Part shown: positions 18,479-28,384 of the stretch, in pieces
Numbering within the stretch: position 1 is the first letter of the stretch
Layout: the number at the start of each line of letters is the position of its first letter
NCBI GenBank assembly: GCA_965248845.1
Contig: CBDFKO010000002.1
Location: forward strand, 968,063-1,032,062
Direction of reading: 5' to 3'
Length of the DNA stretch: 64,000 nt
Source of the DNA: Acidobacteriota bacterium
GTDB lineage: Bacteria; Acidobacteriota; UBA890; WLXD01
Made by a program: the position numbers and the translations under genes
Notes under the pieces: model-generated
Database searches by the model: none
What the model was told of the DNA's origin: nothing
The model's input: only the letters and a program-made list of their open reading frames with translations

Positions 18479-20200
18479 TCAGGCACAGAGATCCTGGATC
18501 TCCAGCTGTGGCACTACCCTGCCGCCCCACCGGCGTGGTTTCAGCGTTGCAACCACCGAGATCTCGTCGATTCCTGCAAGCGCGCTCGCCAGTTCGGGGC
18601 GGCGCCACGCCACGGCCTCGACGTCGCCTTCGTCGGCGCGCAACCGGAGCTTTGTGTGGGCCTCCTTCAGCAGCTGGGGCGGCCCCGCCAAGCGTGCGCC
18701 CTCACACACGAAGCGAGGACGCGGATTGCCGATGCCGAACGGAGCCAGCCGCTCGAGCTCGTGCACCAGGCTCACACTGACGTCGCGAGCCTCCAGACGA
18801 TCGTCGCAGGTCAGCACCGCGCGCAGCGAGCTCGGATCGGCGTTTCGGGCGTTGCTGCCGAGCACCTCGGCCAGGGCAGGCAGATTGGACGCGGGCAGCT
18901 CGAAGCCCGCCGCCTGCTTGTGGCCGCCGTAGCGTCCCAGTAGCTCCGCCGCCCCGTTCAGCGCCTCCACGATGTTGAAGCCGGGAACGGAGCGAGCCGA
19001 GCCATGAGCGACGCCCTCGTCGACCGACGCCACGACCGCCGGACGCCCCCAGCGCTCCACCAACCGCGAAGCTACGATGCCGATCACACCGCGATGCCAG
19101 CCCTCACCCCAGACCAACACGATCGGATCGTCGCCCGAGCCTCCCGACTCGACCGCCTGGTCATAGACGCTACGCTCGAGCTCCTGGCGCCGAGTGTTGA
19201 GCCGCTGCAGGTGGCCGGCAAGCCGTCGGGCTCTACCAGGATCGCCAGTCAGAAACAGCTCGGCTGCCTCGCCCGGATGGCCGATACGCCCCGCCGCGTT
19301 AATCCTCGGCGCCAGCCTGAAGCCCACGTCGCCGGCGGTTACCGAGCGGGCATCGACGCCCGCAACCTTCATCAGCTCGATCAACCCCGGGTTCACGGCT
19401 CCTGCGAGCGAGGCCAGACCGTGGAACGTCATGACCCGATTCTCTCCGTGCAGCGGTACTAGATCCGCAACGGTGCCGAGCGCCACCAGCTTCAGCATCG
19501 ACAGACCGCTGGAGGTGGTCACATGGCGCGCCAGAAGCGCCCGCGCCAGCTTGAAAGCCACGCCTACCGCCGCGAGGTCCTCCTCGGGATAGCCCGAACC
19601 CTCGACGCGTGGGTTGAGAATCGCGGCCGCCTCGGGCAGCTCGGTGCGCGGAATGTGGTGATCGACCACGATGACGTCGATGCCTCGCTGCTTGGCCAAC
19701 GCACAGGCCTCGTGCGCGGTAATGCCGCAGTCCACGCAGATCAGTACCTGTGCCCCGACCTCCGTGGCCTTGTCGATTCCGGACGGATTCAGCCCGTATC
19801 CGTCATCGATACGATGAGGCAGAACGAACTCGGCGTCGGCTCCGAGATGACGCAGCACCATGATCAGCAGGACGGTCGAGGTGATTCCATCGACGTCGTA
19901 GTCGCCGTGCACGACGATGCGCTCGCCGCACCGGATGGCGTACAGCAAGCGATCCACGGCAGCCTCCATGTCGGCGAAGAGAAAAGGGTCGTGCAGACCC
20001 GCGAGTGAAGGCTCCAGGAACGCCTCGGCCGCCTCGCTGGTTTCAATGCCGCGGCCGGCAAGCACCCGGGCCGCGACCGAGCTCAGCCCCAACGTGGTCC
20101 GCAGGCGATTCGCCGCCTGCTCGTCGATGGCGCGGAGCTGCCACGGCCGGCGTGCGGCAAGACGCGCGGCCGGCGCGCCGAGAGTGTCGGCGGTGCTCAC
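18479..20200 (-). CDS. recJ: Single-stranded-DNA-specific exonuclease RecJ
   Basis: 573 aa with DHH motifs (VVHGDYDVDGITS, DHH) and a DHHA1 domain. Confidence 0.9.
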   Translation of the reverse strand: MSTADTLGAPAARLAARRPWQLRAIDEQAANRLRTTLGLSSVAARVLAGRGIETSEAAEAFLEPSLAGLHDPFLFADMEAAVDRLLYAIRCGERIVVHGDYDVDGITSTVLLIMVLRHLGADAEFVLPHRIDDGYGLNPSGIDKATEVGAQVLICVDCGITAHEACALAKQRGIDVIVVDHHIPRTELPEAAAILNPRVEGSGYPEEDLAAVGVAFKLARALLARHVTTSSGLSMLKLVALGTVADLVPLHGENRVMTFHGLASLAGAVNPGLIELMKVAGVDARSVTAGDVGFRLAPRINAAGRIGHPGEAAELFLTGDPGRARRLAGHLQRLNTRRQELERSVYDQAVESGGSGDDPIVLVWGEGWHRGVIGIVASRLVERWGRPAVVASVDEGVAHGSARSVPGFNIVEALNGAAELLGRYGGHKQAAGFELPASNLPALAEVLGSNARNADPSSLRAVLTCDDRLEARDVSVSLVHELERLAPFGIGNPRPRFVCEGARLAGPPQLLKEAHTKLRLRADEGDVEAVAWRRPELASALAGIDEISVVATLKPRRWGGRVVPQLEIQDLCA

Positions 20201-21147
20201 TCGGCTGCCAAGGTACCCATGGCACGGAATTTCTCGTAGCGACCGGCCAGCAACTCGTCGATCGGCATCGATCGCAACGTGCCCAACTGTCGGCGCAGCA
20301 CGGCGCCGAGCTCCTGGAATATAGCTGCCGGGTCGGCGTGCGCTCCTCCCGGAGGCTCCGGCACGACCTCATCAACGAGGCCGAGCTCGAGCAGATCCGG
20401 TGCTGTCAATCGCAGGGCGTGCGCAGCCTCCTCGGCGTGCTCCGGATCACGCCACAGGATCGACGAGCAGCTCTCGGGAGAGATCACCGAGTACGTGGAG
20501 AATCGAAGCATGTTGACCCGGTCCCCTACCCCGATGGCGAGCGCGCCACCACTGCCGCCCTCGCCGATCACGCTGACGATGATCGGGACGCGCAGCAAGG
20601 CCATCTCCCGCAGATTGGTGGCGATCGCCTCTGCTACGCCACGTTCCTCGGAACCCGAGCCGGGGTAGGCGCCGGGCGTGTCGACGAGCGTCAGGATCGG
20701 CCGCTCGAACTTCTCGGCCAGCCGCATGACCCGAAGGGCCTTGCGGTACCCTTCCGGGTGCGGCATACCGAAGTTTCGGTGCAGCTTGGCCTTGGTGTTG
20801 CGCCCTTTCTGCTGCCCGATGACGCAAACCGACTCGCCGTCGAACTCCCCGAAGCCGGCCACCATCGCGGCATCGTCGCCATACAACCGGTCCCCGTGGA
20901 GCTCCTGGAAATTCGTGAGCATGCCGCCGACGTAGTCCAACGTATAGGGGCGACTCGGGTGACGCGCCACGAGCGTCGTCTCCCAGCGGGAGAGGTTCTC
21001 GTAGATGCCGCTTCGGGTTTCGTTGAGCTTCCGGCTGAGCTTGTCGAGGCGCGCCTCCCGCTGCATCGACTCGGGATAGCTCTCTAGCTCGGCGATCTGC
21101 TGCTCGATCTCCCGGATCGGCTTCTCGAACTCTTCGGTCTTGCGCAT
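20197..21147 (-). CDS. accA: Acetyl-CoA carboxylase carboxyltransferase subunit alpha
   Basis: ARHPSRPYTLDY...PILTLVDTPGAYPG...IGEGGSGGALAIG. Start at ATG 21147. Confidence 0.9.
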   Translation of the reverse strand: MRKTEEFEKPIREIEQQIAELESYPESMQREARLDKLSRKLNETRSGIYENLSRWETTLVARHPSRPYTLDYVGGMLTNFQELHGDRLYGDDAAMVAGFGEFDGESVCVIGQQKGRNTKAKLHRNFGMPHPEGYRKALRVMRLAEKFERPILTLVDTPGAYPGSGSEERGVAEAIATNLREMALLRVPIIVSVIGEGGSGGALAIGVGDRVNMLRFSTYSVISPESCSSILWRDPEHAEEAAHALRLTAPDLLELGLVDEVVPEPPGGAHADPAAIFQELGAVLRRQLGTLRSMPIDELLAGRYEKFRAMGTLAAE

Positions 21148-21215
21148 CGCGGCAAAGCGTAGCACGGTGCCCGGCGTTCACCCGCAACAGCAGCACGCAC
21201 CGGGAGCTCGGCCTG

Positions 21216-21776
21216 CTAGAGGGGTTCTCGATCTGGCCGGAAGACGCGGCGCAGCACGGTGACGACGCCCGCTCCCAGGACGCCCAGGACGCCCCCGACG
21301 CGGCTCGAAGGCGCGGTCGGTGGGGAAGCAAGGGCCGTCTGGGCGCGCCTCTGGGCGCGTGCGCTCAGCTCGTCCAGGAAGCTGTCGAAGACTCCGACGG
21401 CTTCGGCATCCCAACCAGGACCCCTACCCACAGGACGCGCCACCGAGCGCCATGCTGCGACCTGCTTGGCGAGCCGGCGCTGGCTACCGGGCAGATCGGC
21501 CTCGTCCTCCTGCAAAGCCCGCACCCAGGCCATCAGAGCTGCCTCGAGCTCCGTGGCCAAATTGCCGGCCAGGGCCTTGGCGCGGTGACGGTCATCGTCG
21601 AAAAGCGTGTCGAGCGAGGGCATGCTCAGGCGCCAGGCCCGGTAACGTCGGTGAATCTCTTGCCGCTTGCGCACGAAACGCTCGCGCGCCTCCGGCCTCA
21701 GAGCGCTCGGATCCGGCAACCTCGCCAGGGCTGCCTCGACCTCTGCGGCCGCGACCTCCACGTCAGACCCGCAGAC
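21216..21776 (-). CDS. Hypothetical protein with a C-terminal hydrophobic anchor
   Basis: Charged helical N-region ending in GGVLGVLGAGVVTVL. Start uncertain: GTG 21776 (overlaps the dnaE stop) or ATG 21623. No recognisable family. Confidence 0.35.
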   Translation of the reverse strand, partial: VCGSDVEVAAAEVEAALARLPDPSALRPEARERFVRKRQEIHRRYRAWRLSMPSLDTLFDDDRHRAKALAGNLATELEAALMAWVRALQEDEADLPGSQRRLAKQVAAWRSVARPVGRGPGWDAEAVGVFDSFLDELSARAQRRAQTALASPPTAPSSRVGGVLGVLGAGVVTVLRRVFRPDREPL

Positions 21777-24700
21777 GGACACACTCGCTGCCGACGAGCG
21801 CCTCCAGCTCCTGCACCAGGCTGGCCGTGGGATCGACGAAGAGGTACCGGTTCGGCGAGATGCTCGCTCGGAAGCCCTCGGGGTGAGCACGGACCAGGCT
21901 GACCCGAACGGGGATATTGCCGCGGTGCCGCTGCAGCACGTCCACAAGGCGAACCGGAAGCTCCGGGGCCGCCGTCGTCAGGTCGACGGCGATCTCGACG
22001 GTCTGCGGCGGCCGCTCCTTCTTCTGCTTCTCAGCCTGATCGAAAGGCAGAATCTCGCTGGCGACCATCCGAGCAGTATCGTCCTCGGCCTCGGCGCGAC
22101 CACGGAACAACAGTACGTCATCGGGCACGAGCAGCTCCCTGCAGGCTTCGAACACCTTCGGAAACACGACGACCTCGGCGTGACCGAACAAATCCTCGAT
22201 TACCAGCACGGCCATCGGGTCGCCCTTACGCGTCTTCAGGTTGCGGACCGACACGATCAAGCCGCCGACCGCGACCTCGGTGGGCTCCCTGGCGCTCGCC
22301 AGATCGGCGGTCGTCGTGTCGGCCAGGTGACGAAGCTTGTCCGCGTGCCGCTGCAAGGGATGACCGGTCACGTAGAAGCCCAGGGCCTCCTTCTCGGCGT
22401 TGAGGACCTGCCGGTCCGACCAGGCATCGCAGTCGGGAAGGCGCGGCATGGGCTGCGGCTCCGAGTCGTCGGCGCCGCCGCTCGCCATCGCGTCAAAGAG
22501 CCCGCCCTGCCCGGACCTGCGATCGCGCTGCAGCCGCTGCCCGCTTTCCATCGCCGGCTCCAGCTGCGCCATCAGGACGGCCCGCACGGTCCCGGCCGGC
22601 AGGTCGCCATAGGGGGACAGCAGCCCGTCCATGGCGCCCGATTTGATCAGGCTCTCGAGCGTCTTCTTGTTGATGCCGCGCGCCAGATCGACGCGCTCAC
22701 AAAAGTCGAGCAGATGCTGAAAGCGCCCCTCGGCGTTGCGCGTGTCGAGAACCGTCAGCACGGCCCCCTCGCCCACCCCCTTGATCGCGGCCAAGCCGAA
22801 GCGGATCGCCTCGCCTACCGGGGTGAAGTGTATGTTCGACTGGTTGACCGTCGGGGGTAGCACGTCGATGCCGATACCGCGGCACTCGTTGATGTACCGG
22901 ACCACCTTGTCGGTGTTGCTCTGCTCGGTGGTCAGCAGGGCCGCCATGAAGTGCACCGAGTAGTTCGCCTTCAGATAGCCGGTTTGGTAGGCGAGCAGCG
23001 CATAGGCCGCAGAGTGTGACTTGTTGAAGCCGTAGCCCGCGAACTCGACGATCTGGTCCCAGATCTGCTTCGACGGGGCCTTGGGCATCGAGTTCGCCCT
23101 GCAGCCGCCCAGGAACTGCTCCTCCATCGCGGCCATGACCTCGGGCTTCTTCTTGCCCATGGCCTGGCGCAGCACGTCGGCCTGACCCAACGAAAAGCCG
23201 GCCAGTGCCGAGGCGATCTGCATGGCCTGCTCCTGGTACACGATGATGCCGTAGGTCTCTCGAAGCATCGGCTCCAGCTCAGGGAGCACGAACTGCACGC
23301 GGGTCGGGTCGTGCTTGCGCTGGATGTACTCGTCGATCATGCCGGAGCCGATCGGTCCCGGACGATACAGGGCGTTCATCGCGATCAGGTCGTTGATACG
23401 ACTGGGGTTGAGCTTGCGCAGGTAATCACGCATCCCGGACGACTCGAACTGGAAGATCCCGGAAGTGCCGGCGGCGGCGAACAGAGCATAGGTCTGGTCA
23501 TCGTCCAGCGGGATGTCGCCGGTACCGAACGGTTCTCCGTGCTCACGCGAGATCGAAGCCAGGCAGTCGTGTACTAGCGTCAGCGTACGCAGCCCGAGGA
23601 AGTCCATCTTCAGCAGACCGATTGCCTCGACGTCGTTCATCGGGTACTGGGTCGCCACGAAGTGATCCTGGTCGGCCCCCTGGCCTGACGCGGGCTTGTA
23701 GAGCGGCACATACTCCGTAAGCGGCTCGTCGGAGATCACGATGCCGGCCGCATGAGTCGATGCATGCCGGAGCTGCCCCTCGACCTGCTCGGCCAGATCG
23801 ACAAGCCTGGCCACTTGCTCGTCGTCGCTCACCGCCGCCTTGAGCGGATCCTCGGTCTGGAGCGCCCCGCGGATTGTCGCGCCGAGGTCACTCGGGATCA
23901 TCTTGGCAATGCGGTCGACATCGCCGAACGGCATCTCCAGCGTACGGCCCACGTCGCGGATCGCCGCCTTCGCGGCCATGGTGCCGAACGTGATGATGTG
24001 AGCCACCTTGTCGCGCCCATACTTGTTGGCGACGTACTCGATGACCTCTCCGCGCCGCCGCATGCAGAAGTCGATATCGATATCCGGCATGCTGATGCGC
24101 TCGGGATTCAGGAAACGCTCGAATACGAGCCCGTACTCGAGCGGGTCGATGTCGGTGATGCCGAGCGAGTAGGCGACCAGGCTGCCGGCTGCGCTGCCAC
24201 GCCCCGGCCCAACGGGGATCGTTTGCTCGCGGGCGAAGCGGATGAAGTCCCAGACGATCAGGAAGTAGCCCGGGAACCCCATCTGCTCGATCACCGAGAT
24301 CTCGTAGTCCAGTCGCTGTTCGTACTCGGTGCGCGACACGGCGCCGCGCCAACCGTTGCCTTGCCCCAGCGCCCTCATGCGCTCCTCGAAGCCGGCCCGG
24401 ACGACGCGCTCGAAGTAGCCGCCCAGCTCGAAGCCCTTCGGTACAGGGAAGTGCGGCAAGTGGTGGCTATCAAAGTCGAGCTCGACGTCGCAGCGCTCCG
24501 CGATCTCCTCGGTGCTGGTCAACGCTTGGGGCACCTCGGCGAAGACCTGGCCCATCTCCTCCTGGCTCTTTACGTAGAACTCGTCGTTCGGGAACTTGAG
24601 CCGGTTGGGATCATTGATGCCCTTGCCCGTTTGGATGCACAGGAGTACGTCGTGCCCCTGGCTGTCTTCCCGCCGCAGGTAATGGCAGTCGTTCGTACCG

Positions 24701-25326
24701 ACCAGGCGGAGGCCAAACTCCTGCGCCAGGCGCACGAGGTGCGGGTTGATCCTCCGCTGCTCCGCGAGCCCCTGGTCCTGCAGCTCGACGTAGTAGTCGT
24801 GGCGGCCGAAGATCTCGACCATTTGGCCGACGAGAGTGCGCGCCGCAGCGTAGTCGCCGTTCATCAAGACCTGGCTGACTTCGCTCGCCAAGCAGCTGGT
24901 GGTTCCGATCAACCCATCGGCATGCGCGGCCAGCGCCTCCCGATCGATGCGCGGCCGGTGGTAGAAGCCCTCCAGATACCCGATGCTGGAGAGCCGCATC
25001 AGGTTGCGGTAGCCGCGGGCATTCTTGGCCAACAGGAGTTGGTGAAAGTTGTGCTTGCCTGCGTAGCCCGCGGTGCGCCCTGTCCGCGAGCCGGGAGCCA
25101 TATAGGCCTCCATGCCCAGAATGGGTTTGATGTCGCGGGCCTTGGCGCTCTGGTAGAACTGGATCGCGCCGAACATGTTGCCGTGGTCGGTCAGGGCCAC
25201 GGAGTGCATGCCGAGCTCGGAGCAGCGGGCCATGAGCTGATCGATCCGGGTGGCCCCGTCGAGCAGCGAAAAGTTCGTGTGGTTGTGGAGGTGGACGAAC
25301 CCGGAATGCGCGCCGTTCGAGCTCAT
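21763..25326 (-). CDS. dnaE: DNA polymerase III subunit alpha
   Basis: 1187 aa with PHP domain, polymerase core, HhH and OB-fold regions. Confidence 0.95.
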   Translation of the reverse strand: MSSNGAHSGFVHLHNHTNFSLLDGATRIDQLMARCSELGMHSVALTDHGNMFGAIQFYQSAKARDIKPILGMEAYMAPGSRTGRTAGYAGKHNFHQLLLAKNARGYRNLMRLSSIGYLEGFYHRPRIDREALAAHADGLIGTTSCLASEVSQVLMNGDYAAARTLVGQMVEIFGRHDYYVELQDQGLAEQRRINPHLVRLAQEFGLRLVGTNDCHYLRREDSQGHDVLLCIQTGKGINDPNRLKFPNDEFYVKSQEEMGQVFAEVPQALTSTEEIAERCDVELDFDSHHLPHFPVPKGFELGGYFERVVRAGFEERMRALGQGNGWRGAVSRTEYEQRLDYEISVIEQMGFPGYFLIVWDFIRFAREQTIPVGPGRGSAAGSLVAYSLGITDIDPLEYGLVFERFLNPERISMPDIDIDFCMRRRGEVIEYVANKYGRDKVAHIITFGTMAAKAAIRDVGRTLEMPFGDVDRIAKMIPSDLGATIRGALQTEDPLKAAVSDDEQVARLVDLAEQVEGQLRHASTHAAGIVISDEPLTEYVPLYKPASGQGADQDHFVATQYPMNDVEAIGLLKMDFLGLRTLTLVHDCLASISREHGEPFGTGDIPLDDDQTYALFAAAGTSGIFQFESSGMRDYLRKLNPSRINDLIAMNALYRPGPIGSGMIDEYIQRKHDPTRVQFVLPELEPMLRETYGIIVYQEQAMQIASALAGFSLGQADVLRQAMGKKKPEVMAAMEEQFLGGCRANSMPKAPSKQIWDQIVEFAGYGFNKSHSAAYALLAYQTGYLKANYSVHFMAALLTTEQSNTDKVVRYINECRGIGIDVLPPTVNQSNIHFTPVGEAIRFGLAAIKGVGEGAVLTVLDTRNAEGRFQHLLDFCERVDLARGINKKTLESLIKSGAMDGLLSPYGDLPAGTVRAVLMAQLEPAMESGQRLQRDRRSGQGGLFDAMASGGADDSEPQPMPRLPDCDAWSDRQVLNAEKEALGFYVTGHPLQRHADKLRHLADTTTADLASAREPTEVAVGGLIVSVRNLKTRKGDPMAVLVIEDLFGHAEVVVFPKVFEACRELLVPDDVLLFRGRAEAEDDTARMVASEILPFDQAEKQKKERPPQTVEIAVDLTTAAPELPVRLVDVLQRHRGNIPVRVSLVRAHPEGFRASISPNRYLFVDPTASLVQELEALVGSECVRLRV

Positions 25327-25506
25327 GCGGCGACTATAGCAGGCCGTGCTGAGGCGCTGATGCGCCTCGGCTGCCCGGCCGGGACTCAGCTGCAGACGAA
25401 TCGCTCACAACGTACATTTTCCTCTCTGGTGCGAATCCGAAACGACCCGTCACGACCCCGGCCACCCGCATTACTCGAGCGGGCGGGCCGAATTGCGGGC
25501 GGCGCC

Positions 25507-25935
25507 ATGGCGGCCGTCGCCGTCCTGAGCTGCGTGAGCCTGGCGCGCCCCGTAGCCCCCACGACGTACGCCGGCCCGCTACCGGCGCCGGTCACTGGCC
25601 GGCAGACCGGCGCCGAGGCTACGCCCGAGGCAACCGACGGGCCTCTCTACCTCGCGGCGCCCCGGTTCGAGTGGATCGACGGAACGGCCGGCAGCTACCG
25701 CTGGTCGGCGACGCTACGCAACCCGAGCCACACCGACATGGGGGTCACGGTGGTGCTGCAGATCCTCGATGCGGTAGGAACAACGTTGCACCACGAAGAC
25801 CTGTCCCGCATGCTGCGGGGCGGGCGCGCCTGGGATCTGGAGTCGGCAGGCCAGGTTCCCGGAGAGCGCCTCGCCGAGGCCCGGAGCTGGCAGATCGAGT
25901 ACTGGGTGCGGATCTCGCCGCCGCCGCACCGCTGA
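25507..25935 (+). CDS. Hypothetical small lipoprotein / secreted protein
   Basis: MAAVAVLSC with a lipobox-like VLSC; codes outside the dnaE antisense region. A longer start at GTG 25429 would add an Arg-rich n-region. Confidence 0.4.
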   Translation: MAAVAVLSCVSLARPVAPTTYAGPLPAPVTGRQTGAEATPEATDGPLYLAAPRFEWIDGTAGSYRWSATLRNPSHTDMGVTVVLQILDAVGTTLHHEDLSRMLRGGRAWDLESAGQVPGERLAEARSWQIEYWVRISPPPHR

Positions 25936-25954
25936 TCCGGGGCCGACCAGCGGG

Positions 25955-28078
25955 CTACTTCAGGCTCCGCTCGAACAGTCGGAGGATGCGGCGGTACTCG
26001 TCGGCCCACGAGGCGGCCTCGACGAAGCCATGGCTCTCGACCGGATACAGCGCCACCTCCCAGTCCTCCTTGCGCAGCTCGATCAACCGTTGCGCCAAAC
26101 GCACCACTCCCTGGAAGTGGACGTTCGTGTCGACGACCCCGTGGCAGATGAGCAGCGGGTCCTCCAGGCCCTCGGCGAAGTAGATCGGCGAGGAGCGCCA
26201 GTAGGACTCCGCGTCGTCCTGAGGCGAGTTCAAGATGTTGCTGGTGTACGGGTGGTTGTAGTGGGCCCAGTCGGTAACCGGGCGTAGGGCCGCCCCCGCC
26301 GCGAAGTGATCGGCGGCGGTGAACAACGCCATGAGCGTGATGAATCCGCCGTAGGAGCCGCCGTAAATGCCGATGCGGTCGGGATCGACCCCGTGCTGGT
26401 CCACCAGGTACCGGGCCCCGTCGATCTGATCTTCCAGGTCCTGACCGCCCATGTGCCGATAGATCGCGGTCCGCCAGGCTCTGCCGTAGCCGGCAGAGCC
26501 TCGGTAGTCGATATCGAGCACGGTGTAGCCACGCTCCATCAGCAGATGGTGGAACGTGAACTCGCGCGAGTACGAGGACCACCACCGATGCACGTTGTGC
26601 AGGTATCCGGCGCCGTGCACGAAGATCACGGCAGGACGATCCGGATGAGGGTTCTCCGGAAGGTACAGACGGGCCGGAACCTCGACACCGTCACGTGCCG
26701 TGATGTGCACGATCTCGGGGTCGATCCAGACGTAGGACTCGAACGCCGGACTCGGCGAGCTGGTGACGCGCGTCTCCTCGGCGTCGGCCGCAGCGTCTCG
26801 CACGTACAGCTCCGACGGCCGGTTCGACGAGGAGGCTACGCTCGCCAGCCGACTCCCGTCCGGCGACAGCGTCGAGTCGTGACGTCCGTGCCCGGAGGTC
26901 AGGGCGATGGGCTCGCCGCCGCCGATCGGCAGGCGATAGGTGTGGACCTCGAACGGATCGACAATCGAGGCCTCGAACACGAAGCTCTCCCTATCGGCGG
27001 AGAGCCGGGGGCCGAAGACCTCGAAGTTGCCGGCCGTCAGGGCCCGCGCCTCGCCGCCGGCAGCAGGCGCGACATACAGATGCATGCTCCCGGCGCGCTC
27101 CGAGACGAAGTAGAGAGCGTCACCCGTCGGCATCCAGCCGTAGCCACCGGCGACGCTCCAGTTGATCCAGGCCTCGTCGTGGTCATGCGCCGCAAGGACC
27201 GCCTCGGCGCGAAGCTCCTCACCGTCGCTCGCCGGCGTGATCACGGTGAACCAGCGGTCCTTGCTGTCGGTAGCGCGCGCGTGCACCAGGAAGGAGCTCG
27301 ACTCCTCGTTCCACACGGGCCCCGAGAAGGCGACGTCCCGATCGTCGAGCGCCGGTTCGGCCCACGCTATGCGCCCGGTTGCCACCTCGATCACCCCTAC
27401 CGTCGAATCGCCGAGCTCGTCGCCCACCTTGATCCGGGTCGAGATGTCCTCGGTATACCCGCTGGTCGTCACGTAGTTGGGCACGTCGGCAACTCGATCC
27501 GAGCCCGCCTCGCGGCTTGCCGTGATCGCCACCCAGCGCAGATCGGGCGATACGACGAGCGCGCCGGCCGTGAGCCCCTGCAGCCAGACCGGAGCGGGCT
27601 GGAGTCGCTCCGACCGTTCACGCGCCTCCTCGCGTCGCTGCGCGCGGCGGCTCAGCGCGTCGAATAGTGCGAGTTGCTGATCACGCAACCACCGCTGACT
27701 GTCGGTAGAAGGCTCGGTGTCCGACTCCTTCCCCGGACGGATGTCGGTGAGGCGTCGCAGCACCGACACTCCGCCAGCGGCGTCGATCGGCAGGGCCAAC
27801 AGATTGTCGCGATAGCGAACGACCGCCACACGGCCGCCGTCGGCCAGCGCCTGCGGTCGGGCCCCGTCGAGCCCGGAGATCAAAGTCCGTGTCTCGCCGC
27901 CCTCGAGCAGCATGACCGTGTCGCGAGCGGCCCACAGCGCACGTCGGTGATGCCGATCCCAGACCGCGAAGGCGGCCGGCACCAGCTCGGCCTCGTCGTC
28001 CGAAAGGCGCCGCAGCGCGCCCGCGTCGACGTCGTACTCCCACGTGCCTGTGCGCTCTTGCCCCAACGCTTCCACCAC
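25955..28078 (-). CDS. S9-family serine peptidase (prolyl oligopeptidase/DPP-IV family; propeller plus alpha/beta hydrolase), main frame
   Basis: C-terminal catalytic domain with the GGSYGG serine motif and conserved Asp/His; N-terminal beta-propeller region. Confidence 0.85.
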   Translation of the reverse strand: MVEALGQERTGTWEYDVDAGALRRLSDDEAELVPAAFAVWDRHHRRALWAARDTVMLLEGGETRTLISGLDGARPQALADGGRVAVVRYRDNLLALPIDAAGGVSVLRRLTDIRPGKESDTEPSTDSQRWLRDQQLALFDALSRRAQRREEARERSERLQPAPVWLQGLTAGALVVSPDLRWVAITASREAGSDRVADVPNYVTTSGYTEDISTRIKVGDELGDSTVGVIEVATGRIAWAEPALDDRDVAFSGPVWNEESSSFLVHARATDSKDRWFTVITPASDGEELRAEAVLAAHDHDEAWINWSVAGGYGWMPTGDALYFVSERAGSMHLYVAPAAGGEARALTAGNFEVFGPRLSADRESFVFEASIVDPFEVHTYRLPIGGGEPIALTSGHGRHDSTLSPDGSRLASVASSSNRPSELYVRDAAADAEETRVTSSPSPAFESYVWIDPEIVHITARDGVEVPARLYLPENPHPDRPAVIFVHGAGYLHNVHRWWSSYSREFTFHHLLMERGYTVLDIDYRGSAGYGRAWRTAIYRHMGGQDLEDQIDGARYLVDQHGVDPDRIGIYGGSYGGFITLMALFTAADHFAAGAALRPVTDWAHYNHPYTSNILNSPQDDAESYWRSSPIYFAEGLEDPLLICHGVVDTNVHFQGVVRLAQRLIELRKEDWEVALYPVESHGFVEAASWADEYRRILRLFERSLK

Positions 28079-28341
28079 TGGAACCAGAGCCGGTCACCGT
28101 CGGGGTGCCACCGAACCGACGACGGGCGCGAGCCGCTGAAGTCGGCGCCCTCCATGATCAGGTCCATGTCGAGCCCGGAAACCGACCCCGCGAGCCGCTG
28201 GTGGATCCCCGCATCGATCGCCCGCACCGGCTCCAGCTCGTCCTCCGCTACCGGCGGGTTGTCCTCCTGCGCTACGGCGGGCGGCACAGGTACCAGGAGC
28301 AGGAGCAGGGCAACGGGGGCGATGGTGCGCGCGAGCGGCAT
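28071..28341 (-). other. Signal peptide and first propeller segment of the S9 peptidase, in a different reading frame (apparent 1-nt frameshift near 28075)
   Basis: MPLARTIAPVALLLLLVPVPPAVAQ...SSVRWHPDGDRLWFQWW is in a +1 frame relative to the main ORF that begins VVEALGQERTGTWEYD. Confidence 0.5.
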
Positions 28342-28384
28342 GAGGGTCTCCCAGGAGGCCGTGGTGAAAGTGCGATGGGTCTGG

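Noticed and set aside
23752-25326. Long plus-strand ORF (727 aa) and many other 100-500-aa ORFs antisense to dnaE, infB, pnp, truB, the GH20 gene and others (for example 12235-13824, 9474-10445, 1620-2414, 58276-59304)
   Set aside because: Stop-poor antisense frames are expected at ~69% GC. Their translations are Arg/Pro/Gly-rich and low-complexity, and they overlap strongly conserved genes on the other strand. Only the 3' tail beyond dnaE (25507-25935) was kept as a candidate gene.
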